Shown piece after piece: positions 24,863 through 36,226 of a stretch of DNA of 64,000 nt. The position numbers and the translations under genes are program-made. The notes beneath the pieces are model-generated. The model worked only from the letters and a program-made list of their open reading frames with translations, searched no databases and was not told where the DNA came from. Each line of letters starts with the position of its first letter. Positions within the stretch are counted from its first letter, which is position 1. Source of the DNA: Squalus acanthias (lineage: Eukaryota); the NCBI GenBank assembly GCA_030390025.1, contig JASTWF010000811.1, forward strand, positions 62,001 to 126,000, read 5' to 3'.

Positions 24863-26011
24863 CTAGAAGCGGCTTGCTATCAGCCGTTGACAGACGGCCC
24901 TTCCAGTTTCTACATTGTGGGCCTCCCTCCCGCCTTGGTGCTGCTGATGATCATCCTTCTCCTCTTCCTCCTCCTCCTCTGGTGGTGCTCCAAGGCCTGG
25001 TGGCATTGGCTGGGTCCTGAGGATTGGCAGGTTATACAGCATGCAGCACACAACTACGAAGTGGGAGACTCGCTCAGGCGAGTACTGCAGTGCTCCTCCA
25101 GAATGGTCCAGACAGCGGAACTGTTGCTTGAGCACGCCGATTGTGTGCTCAACGATGTTCCTGGTAGCGAGATGGCTCTCGTTGTACCGCAGCTCAGCAG
25201 GGGTGTTGGGCGTACGGAGCGGTGTCATCAGCCAGGTGCTCAGTGGATATCCCTTGTCCCTGAGAAGCCAACCAACTGGCTGATGTGGTGCCTGGAAAAG
25301 TTCTGCCACAGTAGTCTGGCGCAGGATGAATGCATCATGGCAGCTGCCAGGATAGTGGGCATTGACAGCGAGTATCAGCTGTCTGTGGTCACAGACCAAC
25401 TGAACGTTTAAGGAATGGAACCCCTTTCTGTTGCGGAAATCCTTGGCATTCTCATGCGGAGCACGCAAAGCCACATGCGTGCAGTCAATGGCACCCTGCA
25501 CCATGGGGAAGCCCGCTATCCTAGCAAAGCCCATTGCGCATTCTTGCTGCTTGTCCAGGGTCATGGGGAAAGAGATGTACTCTCGTTTCCTTTTAAAGTG
25601 GGCATTTGTGACCTGACGGATGCAGCAATGCACCGCGAACTGGGAGATATTGGCGATGTCCCCAGTAGCTGATTGAAATGAGCCAGTGGCATAAAAGTTC
25701 AGAGCCACTGTGATCTTCACTGCCACCGACAGAGACGTCCTGGACCTCAGTTGAGGCTGCAGATCTGGCTGCAGCAGGTGGCAGAGCTCAGTGACCACCT
25801 CCTTGCTGAAGCGCAGCCTTCGCAAACACTGCTCCTCAGTCATATTAATATATGTGAATTGTTGGCGATATACCCTGGGAGGGTAAGGTGTCCTGCACAG
25901 AGGCCTGTTGGCCCTCCTCCGTCTGGCCATGATTGCCACTCTCTCTCTGTGTCTCTGTGTCCTCTGATTCTGGTGGCGCAGGACGACGCACCCAATCAGT
26001 GCAGCCCCCAT
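24863..26011 (-). CDS. Harbinger (HARBI1-like, DDE_Tnp_4) transposase, uninterrupted ORF of 382 aa from the ATG at 26011
   Basis: GAIDCTH, NRKGFHSLNVQLVCD, PGSCHDAFIL, DKGYP, RNIVEHTIGVLK. Confidence 0.92.
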   Translation of the reverse strand: MGAALIGCVVLRHQNQRTQRHRERVAIMARRRRANRPLCRTPYPPRVYRQQFTYINMTEEQCLRRLRFSKEVVTELCHLLQPDLQPQLRSRTSLSVAVKITVALNFYATGSFQSATGDIANISQFAVHCCIRQVTNAHFKRKREYISFPMTLDKQQECAMGFARIAGFPMVQGAIDCTHVALRAPHENAKDFRNRKGFHSLNVQLVCDHRQLILAVNAHYPGSCHDAFILRQTTVAELFQAPHQPVGWLLRDKGYPLSTWLMTPLRTPNTPAELRYNESHLATRNIVEHTIGVLKQQFRCLDHSGGALQYSPERVSHFVVVCCMLYNLPILRTQPMPPGLGAPPEEEEEEEKDDHQQHQGGREAHNVETGRAVCQRLIASRF

Positions 26012-27802
26012 AGACTCTTGGCAATCAAAGTTATGAAGGTCAAAAACCAAAGTACCTGCAAAGTTATGATCAGTAGCCAAAACTACCTCACACAGCGTTG
26101 ACTCAATGCAGAAGTCTCTCTTTCTCTCTCTCCAAATCTCTCTCTCTCTCTCTCAGAACGAGTGGTGCAAAAATGTCAACCACAGAGAAAGACAGGAAGA
26201 GGCCCCCTTTAAATAACGCCCCCCCAGCCCCACAGCGACTGGGGAGCGTTCCAGTCTTCCGGTCGTTGGTTGCACCAGGCGGAAAGGATGGGGGCGCCAC
26301 TCAATTTCTGCTCCGGGGCGCCACAAGGGCGTTGCACCTTCGTATGACGTCAAGATCTGCTTGCGCAGGAGATCGCGGCGGTAAAGTTTAGCAACACCGC
26401 AAAATGTCTAGTTAATTTCGCGAGCGGCGCAAACATCGTTGCGCCCGGGCACCAGTTGCTTTGCGCTCCATTAGCACCCTCTTAAGGCGCTAACGGGAGG
26501 CGCAACCAACTGAATTTTTCCCCCTTAGAGTCTTAAATCAAGTCTAAAAACCCAAGCTCATTGGCGTTACACTTAAAGGCTGGACCAATATCGGAGGCAG
26601 TCTAATCGCAACTCATGATTGCCACAGGCTATTTTCACTACTTAAAGGGGAGGTTCATTGATGCTGCAGCACCTCATTCTCTGCATTGTTGTGTGTGTAG
26701 CTGCCTCAACAACCATAAGAAGAAAAACAAGGCGAAGGAGCACTTATTTACAAATCCTCATGGCAGATCGCCGCCCCACGGAGAGAGCCCGCAGGTTTGC
26801 CCATGAAGCTTTGGAGGCATTGGTTTTTAGCACTGGATAGAAGGCAGGCAGTCCTGTACCCACCAACTGGCAAGAGGCCCTCGCCACAAGTCTGCCGTAC
26901 TATGTGGAGGGAGGTTGCATACCACATCACGGACCACCCATCCAGAAACCAGATTGTTTGGCTACCACCTCCTTCCATCCTGTTCCTCATCTTCTTCATC
27001 CTCATCCTCTTCCTCCTCGTCCTATTCCTCCTCGTCCTCTTCCTCCTCGTCCTCTACCCCTCGTCCTCTTCCTCCTTACCCTCTTCCTCCTCACCCTCTT
27101 CCTCCTTGCCCTCTTCATCCTCATCCTCTTCCTCCTCATCCTCTCCTTCCTTGTCCTCTTCCTCCTCGTCCTCTACCCCTCACCCTCATCCTCCTCGCCC
27201 TCTTCCCTCTGCGCACATGTTCCTGTCTTTCTTGCTGCCTATGCTCCCTCCGCCATAGATCCTGGAGGGCGAGGTGGCATGCCAGTATAGCCCCTATTAA
27301 TCTTACCAAGTGTTGCAGTTTGAATCTTCGAAGAATAAATGTAGCTACTTTATACTTGCTACAAGACTCCTGCTGCAAAAGAACCTCGAAATTACTCAAT
27401 GAAACTGTTGCAGTAGCTGAAACTAACAAAAAGCCACTGAAACTGCACTAACCTGACAGGTGTAAGTGATTACTGATGATCACTTTAAATAACATCCCTG
27501 CAGCCAGCTTCCTGGTGCAGCACGCCAGCTCTCCCTGTCGGTGTTTACTCCAGGCGGTGAGGTAAGTGGGTAAAAGCAATTTGGGAAATCTGGCGTTCAG
27601 TGAGCATTACACACTCACTGACGTCATGATCTCCCTGGTGGTGAGGTCCCCGGCGATAGCTGTTACCGGCAGCACTATGGGGGGGGTCCCGATTTGGTGG
27701 GCGGTGCTGGATTCACATCGCCCTGTCGGTACTGGTTTCAATGCCACATAAGCGCCATCTACTGGCGCTAACAGGTGGCGCTCAGGGGATGAATTTTTCC
27801 CC

Positions 27803-29271
27803 ATAGAATGGTTACAGCACAGAAGGAGGCCATTCGGCCCATCAAGCCAATGCCGGCTCTCTGCAAGAGCACCTCAGCTAGTCCAACTCCCCCGCTCTTT
27901 CCCCATAGCCATGCCAATTTGTTTCCTACAGGTACTGATCCAATTCCCTATTGAAAGTAGTGATTGAGTTTGACTCCACCACCCTTTCAGGCAGTGTATT
28001 ACAGATCCTAACCACTCACTGCATAAAAAAGGTCTTCCTTATGTTGCCTTTGGATCTTCTGCCAATCACCTTAAATCTGTGTCCTCTGGTTCTCGACCCT
28101 TCCACCAATGGGAACAGTTTCTCTCTATCTACTCTGTCTTGACTCCTCATGATTTTGAACACCTCTATCAAATCTCCTCTCAACCTTCTCTGCTCCAAGG
28201 AGAACAACCCCAGCTTCTCCAGTCTATCCACGTAACTGAAGTCCCTCATCCCTGGAATCATTCTTGTAAATCTTTTCTGCACCCTCTCTAAGGCCTTCAC
28301 ATCCTTCCTAAAGTCCAGCGCCCAGAACTGGACACAATACTCCAGTTGAGGCCGAACCAGTGTTTTATAAAGGTTCATCATAACTTTATTTGCTTTTGTA
28401 CTCTATGCCTCTATTTATGAAGCCCAGTATCCCGTAGCTTTTTTAACCACTTTCTCAACCTGCCCTGCCACCTTCAACGATTTGTGCACATATACTCCCA
28501 GGTCTCTCTGTTCATGCACCCCCTTTAGAATTGCACCATTTAGTTTATATTGCCTCTCCTCGTTCTTCCTACCAAAATGTATCACTTTGCACTTTTCGGC
28601 GTTAAATTTCATCTGCCATGTGTCCGCCCATTCCACCAGCCTGTCTATCACTATCCTACTCACTGTTCACTATACTTCCAAGTTTTGTTGTCATCTGCAA
28701 ATTTTGAAATTGTGCCCTGTATACCCAAGTCCAAGTCAATAATATATATCAAGAAAAGCAGTGGTCCTTGTACTGACCCCTGGGGAACATCACTGGATAC
28801 CTTCCTCCAGTCTGATAAACAACCGTTCGCGACTACTCTCTGTTTCCTGTCACTTGGCCAATTTTGTATCCAGGCTGCCATTGCCCCTTTTATTCATGGT
28901 CTTCAACTTTGCTGGCAAGCCTATTATGTGGCACTTTATCAAACGCCTTTTGGAAGTCTATGTACACCACATCAACTGCATTGCCCTGATCAACCCTCTC
29001 TGTTACCTCATCAAAAAACTCAATCAAGTTAGTTAAATACAATTTACCTTTAACACATCTGTGCGGGCTTTCCTTAATTAATCCACACTTGTCCAAGTGA
29101 CTGTTAATTTTGTCCCGAATTATAATTTCTAAAAGCTTCAACACTACCGAGGTTAAACTGACTGGCCAGTAGCTGCTGGGTTTATCCTTACACCCTTGTG
29201 TGAACAAGGGTGTAACATTTGCAGTTCTCCAGTCCTCTGGCACCATCCCTGTATCTAAGGAGGATTGGAGG
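27803..29271 (-). mobile_element. CR1 LINE 3' part, inserted in the L2
   Basis: RT motifs in ORFs 28016-29306 (DFQKAFDKVPH, VPQGSV, FADD); flanked by ATTCTA / ATTCGA. Confidence 0.9.
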
Positions 29272-29277
29272 ATTCGA

Positions 29278-29732
29278 ACTCGCACCAAGTCCCGTTCATC
29301 CGACACCCCATGCTCTCTGACCTAAATTGGCTTCCATTCTAGCAATGCCTCAATTTTAAAATTCTCATCCTTGTTTTCAAATCCATCGCCCCTCCTTATG
29401 TCTGTAAGCTCCTCCAGCCCTACAACCCACCGAGATATCTGCATTCCTCCAATTCTGGCCTCTTGCACATCCCTGATTTCCTTCGCTCCACCATTGGCGG
29501 CCGTGCCTTCAGCTGCCTAAGCCCTAAGCTCTGGAATTCCCTCCCTAAACCTCTCAACTGCTCTACCTCTCTCCTCCTTTAAGACGCTCCTTAAAACCTA
29601 CCTCTTTGACCAAGCTTTTGGCCATCTCCCCAATATCTCCTTGTGTGGCTCGGTGTCAAATTTCTTTTGCTAATGCTTTTGTGAAGCGCCTTGGGACTGT
29701 TACTATGTTAAAGGTGCTATATAAATGCAAGT
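29278..29732 (+). mobile_element. L2 LINE, right part with 3' tail
   Basis: actcgcaccaagtcccgttca continues 22212; ends gtgaagcgccttggga...ggtgctatataaatgcaagttg. Confidence 0.85.
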
Positions 29733-30099
29733 TGTCACTATGGATGTGAATGGTGAATATTCTGAGAGAGTCAATGCCAGGGTTTGCTGTACTTGAAGTG
29801 AAGGCACAGTTTTCACACAACCGTTGTTTAATGGGAGAGTTTGGGGCAGTAAACAATGGACGTGTTTATTCGCAACACCTAAAGCTCTGATTGGTCCCCT
29901 TCCATGACAAGTCCTGATTGCTGATTGGTCCCCTTGGAGGACAAGACACACCCAACAGTTTCTCTGGAATGTGTAATTAGATCCTCCCTTCCTACGTAAT
30001 CAGTTACTTTGCAAAATGTAATTCGAGCCATTCTGACTGCGGACTCCAGACAGAACAGAGCTCACTTGGAACAGACAGGGTTCACCCTCGTGGGTTAAG

Positions 30100-31520
30100 A
30101 CCTTCTCCCGCCCTCTAACAAGTTCCTGCTCCCCCACCCAAGTTACTGACCTACTCCCCCCCACCCCCGCACAAGTTCCTGACCTACTCCCCCTGACCCC
30201 CACCCAAGTTCCTGACCTACACCCCCTGACCCCCACCCAAGTTCCTGACCTTCTCCCCCCCACCCCTGCACAAGTTCCTGACCTACACCCCCTGACCCCC
30301 ACCCAAGTTCCTGACCTTCTCCCCCCCACCCCTGCACAAGTTCCTGACCTACTCCCCCTGACCCCCACCCAAGTACCTGACCTACTCCCCCCCCACCCCC
30401 ACACAAGTTCTTGACCTACTCCCCCCACCTCACCCCCACCCAAGTTCCTGACCTACTCCCCCCCACCCATACCCAAGTTCCTGACCTACTCCCTCCGCCC
30501 CCGAACAAGTTCCTGACCTTCTCCCCCTGCTCCCCCACCCAAGTTACTGATCTACTCCCCCCCACCCCTGCACAAGTTCCTGACCTTCTCCCCCCCACCC
30601 CCGCACACAAGTTCCTGACCAACTCCCCCTGACCCCCGCACAAGTTCCTGACCTTCTCCCCCTGACCCCCACACAAGTTCCTGACCTTCTCCCCCCCACC
30701 CCCGCACAAGTTCCTGACCTACTGCCCCTGACCCCCGCACAAGTTCCTGACCTACTGCCCCTGACCCCCGCACAAGTTCCTGACCTTCTCCCCCAACCCC
30801 CGCACAAGTTCCTGACCTTCTCCCCCCAACCCCCGCACAAGTTCCTGACCTTCTCCCCCCCACCCCCGCACAAGTACTTGACCTACTCCCCCCTACCCCC
30901 GCACAAGTTCCTGACCTTCTCCCCCCCACCCCCGCACAAGTTCCTGACCTACTGCCCCTGACCCCCGCACAAGTTCCTGACCTTCTCCCCCCCACCCCCG
31001 CACAAGTTCCTGACCTACTCCCCCACCCCCGCACAAGTTCCTGACCTACTGCCCTTGACCCCCGCACAAGTTCCTGACCTTCTCCCCCCCACCCCCGCAC
31101 AAGTTCCTGACCTTCTCCCCCCCACCCCCGCACAAGTTCCTGACCTACTGCCCTTGACCCCCGCACAAGTTCCTGACCTTCTCCCCCCCACCCCCGCACA
31201 AGTTCCTGACCTACTCCCCCACCCCCGCACAAGTTCCTGACCTACTGCCCTTGACCCCCGCACAAGTTCTGACCTTCTCCCCCCACCCCCGCCCAAGTTC
31301 CTGACCTTCTCCCCCACCCCCGCACAAGTTCCTGACCTTCTCCCCCCACCCCCGCCCAAGTTCCTGACCTACGGCCCCAAGTTTCTGACATTCTCCCCAC
31401 ACCCAAGTGCCTTACTTTCCCTCCCACTCGGCCCGAGTTCCTGACCTACCCCCGGGTTCCTGACCAAATTCCCCTCCCCTGGTTTCATGACCTTCTCCCC
31501 CCAACAAGTTCCTGACCTTC
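30100..31520. repeat. C-rich minisatellite, ~36-bp unit CAAGTTCCTGACCT(T/A)CTCCCCCCCACCCCCGCA
   Basis: Visible tandem array. Confidence 0.93.
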
Positions 31521-31839
31521 CCCACCATGGATGGGGAATTGTGAGTGGTCACGGATTGTTAAAGGTTTATTGGGCATGAAGTGAATAGTGACAGTGTCAT
31601 GACATCCGGATTTCGTCCAGTCCAATGATGTCACTTGCAACACGCGCCCCGAACTTTCCGAGAAATCAACCAGGTCTAGAGGGAGGAGAGGGAGAAGGTG
31701 CTGCGGGTGTAAGGAGGGTGGGGTTGGAAGAACGTGACCAGTCTTACCATCTGGATCACATTCTCGCTCTCATTCCCCCCTGCCTTAGACCTGGTTCACG
31801 TTCTTCCCCCATCTCCACTGTGCTCTGGGCTCTTTACAA

Positions 31840-32820
31840 CCCCCCAGTTTCTGAACTGCTCTCCCCGTCGTGTTTCTGACCTTCTCCACCCCCAATTTCT
31901 GACTTCTCTCTCCACAGTTTATAACCTTCTCTTTCTCCCCAGTTCCTGACCCTCTCTCTCTCCCAGTTCCTGACCTTCTCTCTCTCAGTTTCTGACTTTC
32001 TCTTTCCCCCAGTTTCTGACCTTCTCTCTCTCCACAGTTTCTCACCTTCTCTCTCTTCCAGTTCCTGACCCTCTCTCTCTCCCAGTTCCTGACCTTCTCT
32101 CTCTCAGTTTCTGACTTTCTCTTTCCCCCAGTTTCTGACCTTCTCTCTCTCCACAGTTTCTCACCTTCTCTCTCTTCCAGTTCCTGACCTTCTCTCTCTC
32201 CCAGTTCCTGACCTTCTCTCTCCCCCCAGTTCTAGCCCTTCACTCTCCCCCAGTTCCTGACCTTCTCTCACCCCCTAGTTTCTGATGCTCTCTCTCCTCC
32301 AGTTCCCGACCTTCTCCCCCAGTGTCTGACCTTCTTTCTCCCCCAGTTCCTGACCTTCTCCCCCAGTTCCTGACCTTCTCTCCCCCCCCCCGCAGTTTCT
32401 GACCTTCTCTCTCTCCCAGTTTCTGACCTTCTCTCCCCCAGTTTCTGACATTCTCTCTCCCCCAGTTCCCAACCTTCTCCCCCCAGTTTCTGAGCTTCTC
32501 TCTCTCCCAGTTTCTGACCTTCTCTCTCTCCCAGTTCCTGACCTTCTCTCCCCCAGTTTCTGACATTCTCTCTCCCCCAGCTCCCGACCTTCTCCCCCCA
32601 GTTTCTGAGCTTCTCTCTCTCCCAGTTTCTGACCTTCTCTCTCCCCCCAGTTTCTGACTTTCTCTCTCCCAGTTCCTGACCTTCTCTCAACCCCAGTTTC
32701 TGATCTTCTCTCACCCCAGTTTCTGACCTTCTCTCTCCCCCAGTTTCTGACCTTCATTCTCCTCCAGTTTATGACCTTCTCTCTCCCCCAGTTCCTGCCC
32801 TTCTCTCCCCCCACGATTCC
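31840..32820. repeat. Degenerate minisatellite CAGTT(T/C)CTGACCTTCTCTCTCCCC
   Basis: Visible tandem array, related to 19770-20730. Confidence 0.9.
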
Positions 32821-32864
32821 CTCTTTCTCTCGCTCCATCCCATCCTCTCTTCTCCCGCCTGGCC

Positions 32865-33557
32865 AGCACGGATCCAGTGCCGGGTCTTCTCTCTCTCTCC
32901 CCCCGGGTAGCACGGATCCAGTGCCGTGTCTTCTCTCTCTCTCTCTTCACCCCCCCCACCCCCCCACCCCGGGTAACCAGGATCCAGTGCCGGGTCTTCT
33001 CTCTCTCTCTCTCTCCCCGGGTAGCCCAGTTCCAGTGCCAGGTCTTCTTTCTCTCTCTCTCTCTCTCCCCGGGTAGCCCAGATCCAGTGCCGGGTCTTCT
33101 CTCTCTCTCTCTCTCTCTCTCCGGGTAGCCCGGATCCAGTGCCGGGTCTTCTCTCTCTCTCTCTCTCCCCGGGTAGCCCAGTTCCAGTGCCGGGTCTTCT
33201 CTCTCTCGCTCTCTCTCTCTCTCTCCCCCGGGTAGCTCGGATCCAGTGCCGGGTCTTCTCTCTCTATCTCTCTCCCCGGGTAATCCGGATCCAGTGCCAG
33301 GTCTTCTCTCTCTCTCTCGCTCTCCCTCCCTGGGTAGCTCGGATCCAGTGCCGGGTCTTCTCTCTCTCTCTCGCTCTCTCTCTCCGGGTAGCCGGATCCA
33401 GTGCCGGGTCTTCTCTCTCTCTCTCTCTCTACCTGGGTAGCCCGGATCCAGTGCTGGGTCTTCTCTCTCTCTCTCTCTCTCTCTCTCCGGGTAGCCGGAT
33501 CCAGTGCCGGGTCTTCTCTCTTTCTCTCTCCCCGCGTAGCCCGGATCCAGTGCCGGG

Positions 33558-33588
<31 letters not shown>

Positions 33589-33723
33589 CCCGGGTAGCCC
33601 GGATCCAGTGCCCGGTCTTCTCTCTCTCTCTCTCTCTCTCCCCGGGTAGCCCGGATCCAGTGCCCGGTCTTCTCTCTCTCTCTCTCTCTCTCTCTCCCCG
33701 GGTAGCCCGGATCCAGTGCCGGG

Positions 33724-33754
<31 letters not shown>

Positions 33755-33836
33755 CCCGGGTATCCCGGATCAGTGCCGGGTCTTCTCTCTCTCTCTCTCT
33801 CTCTCTTCCCCCGGCTAGCCCGGATCCAGTGCCGGG

Positions 33837-33867
<31 letters not shown>

Positions 33868-33992
33868 CGGATAGCCGGATCCAGTGCCGGGTCTTCTCTC
33901 TCTCTCTCTCTCTCTCTCCGGGTAGCCGGATCCAGTGCCGGGTCTTCTCTCTCTCTCTCTCTCTCCCCGGGTAGCCCGGATCCAGTGCCGGG

Positions 33993-34023
<31 letters not shown>

Positions 34024-34316
34024 CGGGTAGCCGGATCCAGTGCCGGGTCTTCTCTCTTTCTCTCTGCCCGGGTAGCCGGATCCAGTGCCGGGTCTTCTCT
34101 CTCTCTCTCTCTCTCTCTCTCCCCGGGTAGCCCGGATCAGTGCCGGGTCTTCTCTCTCTCTCTCTCTCTCTCTCTCTTCCCCCGGCTAGCCCGGATCCAG
34201 TGCCGGGTCTTCTCTCTCTCTCTCTCTCTCTCTCTCCCCGGGTAGCCCGGATCAGTGCCGGGTCTTCTCTCTCTCTCTCTCTCTCTTCCCCCGGCTAGCC
34301 CGGATCCAGTGCCGGG

Positions 34317-34353
<37 letters not shown>

Positions 34354-34375
34354 GGTAGCCGGATCCAGTGCCGGG

Positions 34376-34406
<31 letters not shown>

Positions 34407-34577
34407 CGGGTAGCCGGATCCAGTGCCGGGTCTTCTTTCTCTCTCTCTGTCTCCCCGGGTAGCACGGATCCAGTGCCGGGTCTTCTCTCTCTCTCTCTCT
34501 CTCTCTCTGGTTAGCCGGATCCAGTGTCGGGTCTTCTCTCTTTCTCTCTCCCCGGGTAGCCCGGATCCAGTGCCGGG

Positions 34578-34612
<35 letters not shown>

Positions 34613-34732
34613 CGGGTAGCCCGGATCCAGTGCCCGGTCTTCTCTCTCTCTCTCTCTCTCTCTGGTTAGCCGGATCCAGTGCCGGGTCTTCTCTCTCTCT
34701 CTCTCCCCGGGTAGCCCGGATCCAGTGCCGGG

Positions 34733-34763
<31 letters not shown>

Positions 34764-34862
34764 CCCGGTAGCCTGGATCCAGTGCCGGGTCTTCTCTCTC
34801 TCTCCCCCCCCCGGGTAGCCCGGATCCAGTGCCCGGTCTTCTCTCTCTCTCTCTCTCTCTCT
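32865..34862. repeat. CpG-rich compound minisatellite CCCGGGTAGCCCGGATCCAGTGCCGGGTCTT(CT)n
   Basis: Visible tandem array with a GGATCC site in most units. Confidence 0.95.
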
Positions 34863-35477
34863 GAGAATCACTTTGCAGCAGAATGTCCAGTCAAGCCTTT
34901 GTTCCCCAGCCTCAGAGAAACACCTCAGGGATGTGAACACACAGTCACAGCAACATTTGCACTGCATGGTTAACGTTGCTGCAAAGCTAAACTTCCAGTG
35001 TAAATCCAGAGTCAGGGCTTAACTCCACTCTGGAGTGAGGTGCAGTGAGAGTCAAAGTCAGACTTGAAATATTTACATTTCCAAGGTCTGGGTGGGAGAG
35101 CGCCATCTGGTGTCTCCTGTTGAAGGTGCTATATAAATGCAGTGATTGTTGTTCCTCAGGCAGGTGCAGTGCTCTTTCCTAAACAGCCAGCCAGGAGTCA
35201 AGCCAGACTTAAAGCCCAACTCCAGCTCCCCGTCTCAGACCAGTAGTTAGTGTGAATGCAGGCTGAATGGGATCTGCCAATATAATCATGCTGCTTCCTC
35301 TTCTAAGGCACTCGCGTCGAAATTGGAAATGAATAAATTCAGCACGTTGCTGGATCACTGCAAAATCTGCCTGACTTGCAGGACACGGTTACACAGTCAG
35401 TAACAGAAAACATCAAAAGTCTAACACACTGAACCAAACACTCGCTGCTTCCTAACCAAACTGGAACAAGTACTTAC

Positions 35478-35529
35478 CCAGAGAAGAGCAGAGGGTCAGA
35501 GTGAAAACCAAGAACATTTTACAGATCAT
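35478..35529 (-). CDS. Signal-peptide (leader) exon of the V-domain gene: MICKMFLVFTLTLCSSL-G
   Basis: ATG at 35529, 17 codons plus G, donor gtaagt. Phase 1 joins the V exon in frame (...CSSLGAATAPVLVQSP). Hydrophobic core typical of a signal peptide. Confidence 0.75.
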
Positions 35530-35658
35530 TCCAACTGGAAAGTGTGTCCCTGCAGACACGATACCATCTGACACGACAATCTATCAGATAGCCATGTGTT
35601 GCTCTGTGATACTGCTCACTTGTGACAAATCATCGGCTCACACATAGAAGGAGGAGGG

Positions 35659-35668
35659 ACAGGAAGTG
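35659..35668. promoter_or_regulatory. ETS-consensus site in the putative promoter of the V gene
   Basis: ACAGGAAGTG about 130 bp upstream of the leader ATG, in unique sequence. Confidence 0.4.
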
Positions 35669-36226
35669 GGCCGTTCTTTCAGAGAAGCAGATATCATCAA
35701 AGCACACAGGCTGGCAACATTTCAGTGATACTAACTGAAAACAATAATGCAATAATTAGCTTGTGTGTAAGGCAGCTTGGAAACAGATTCTGAACACTCG
35801 TCTATCTCCTTCTCAATGGCAGTTATTTTCCCAGTTCCTGCTTCCACCCATTGTCAACAGAACCTGTCACATCTTCCAATGTTCAATATGTGGGTCCAGG
35901 GAAGACAAGCTGATGAAAGGAAAGTGATGCAAGGTTTACGAGCCAATATAACGAATGCAGGAAAGCTCCAAAAGGGGGAATAAAATGGCCACAAGAGAGT
36001 AAGAGAGCAAAGTAGCAAAAAAAAATAAAGGAAAGAAAAAGGCTTCTCTAAGGTAGTGAGAAGGGAGTCAGGGCTACTAAGAGATGGAGGAGGCAAAGAT
36101 AATAGTGGAGAAGGTGGAATGGAAGAGATATGAAATAAGGCCTTTGTTCAGCTTTCAGAGAGGAGGTGGCTATTGAGACGTAGAAACCTCCCTCCCAAAA
36201 TGGTGAGCTACTATATCAATACTTAT

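Larger units (their letters stand above)
22340..26524. mobile_element. Near full-length autonomous-type PIF/Harbinger DNA transposon (4185 bp)
   Basis: TIRs GGGGGAGAAATTCATTTGG / CCAACTGAATTTTTCCCCC, TTA TSD (22337-22339 / 26525-26527), convergent Myb/SANT and DDE transposase genes. Confidence 0.93.
22217..27802. mobile_element. Outer internally deleted Harbinger element (host of the inner element)
   Basis: Ends GGGCTAGAAATT / AATTTTTCCCC. Has a Myb/SANT N-terminal remnant at 26760 (MADRRPTERARRFAHEALEALV...MWREVA) joined to a minus-strand transposase N-terminal remnant (GAILACHLALQDLW). TSD not clean. Confidence 0.7.

Noticed and set aside
24863-26080. Domesticated host HARBI1 gene
   Set aside because: Enclosed by TIRs and a TTA TSD with a Myb partner, so it is a transposon copy
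30100-34862. Ig class-switch-like regions
   Set aside because: Located in the leader-V intron rather than before C exons, and not AGCT-dense
19571-34973. Gly/Arg/Glu-rich and Leu/Ser-rich ORFs in 19571-20861 and 30000-34973
   Set aside because: Stop-free frames of minisatellites
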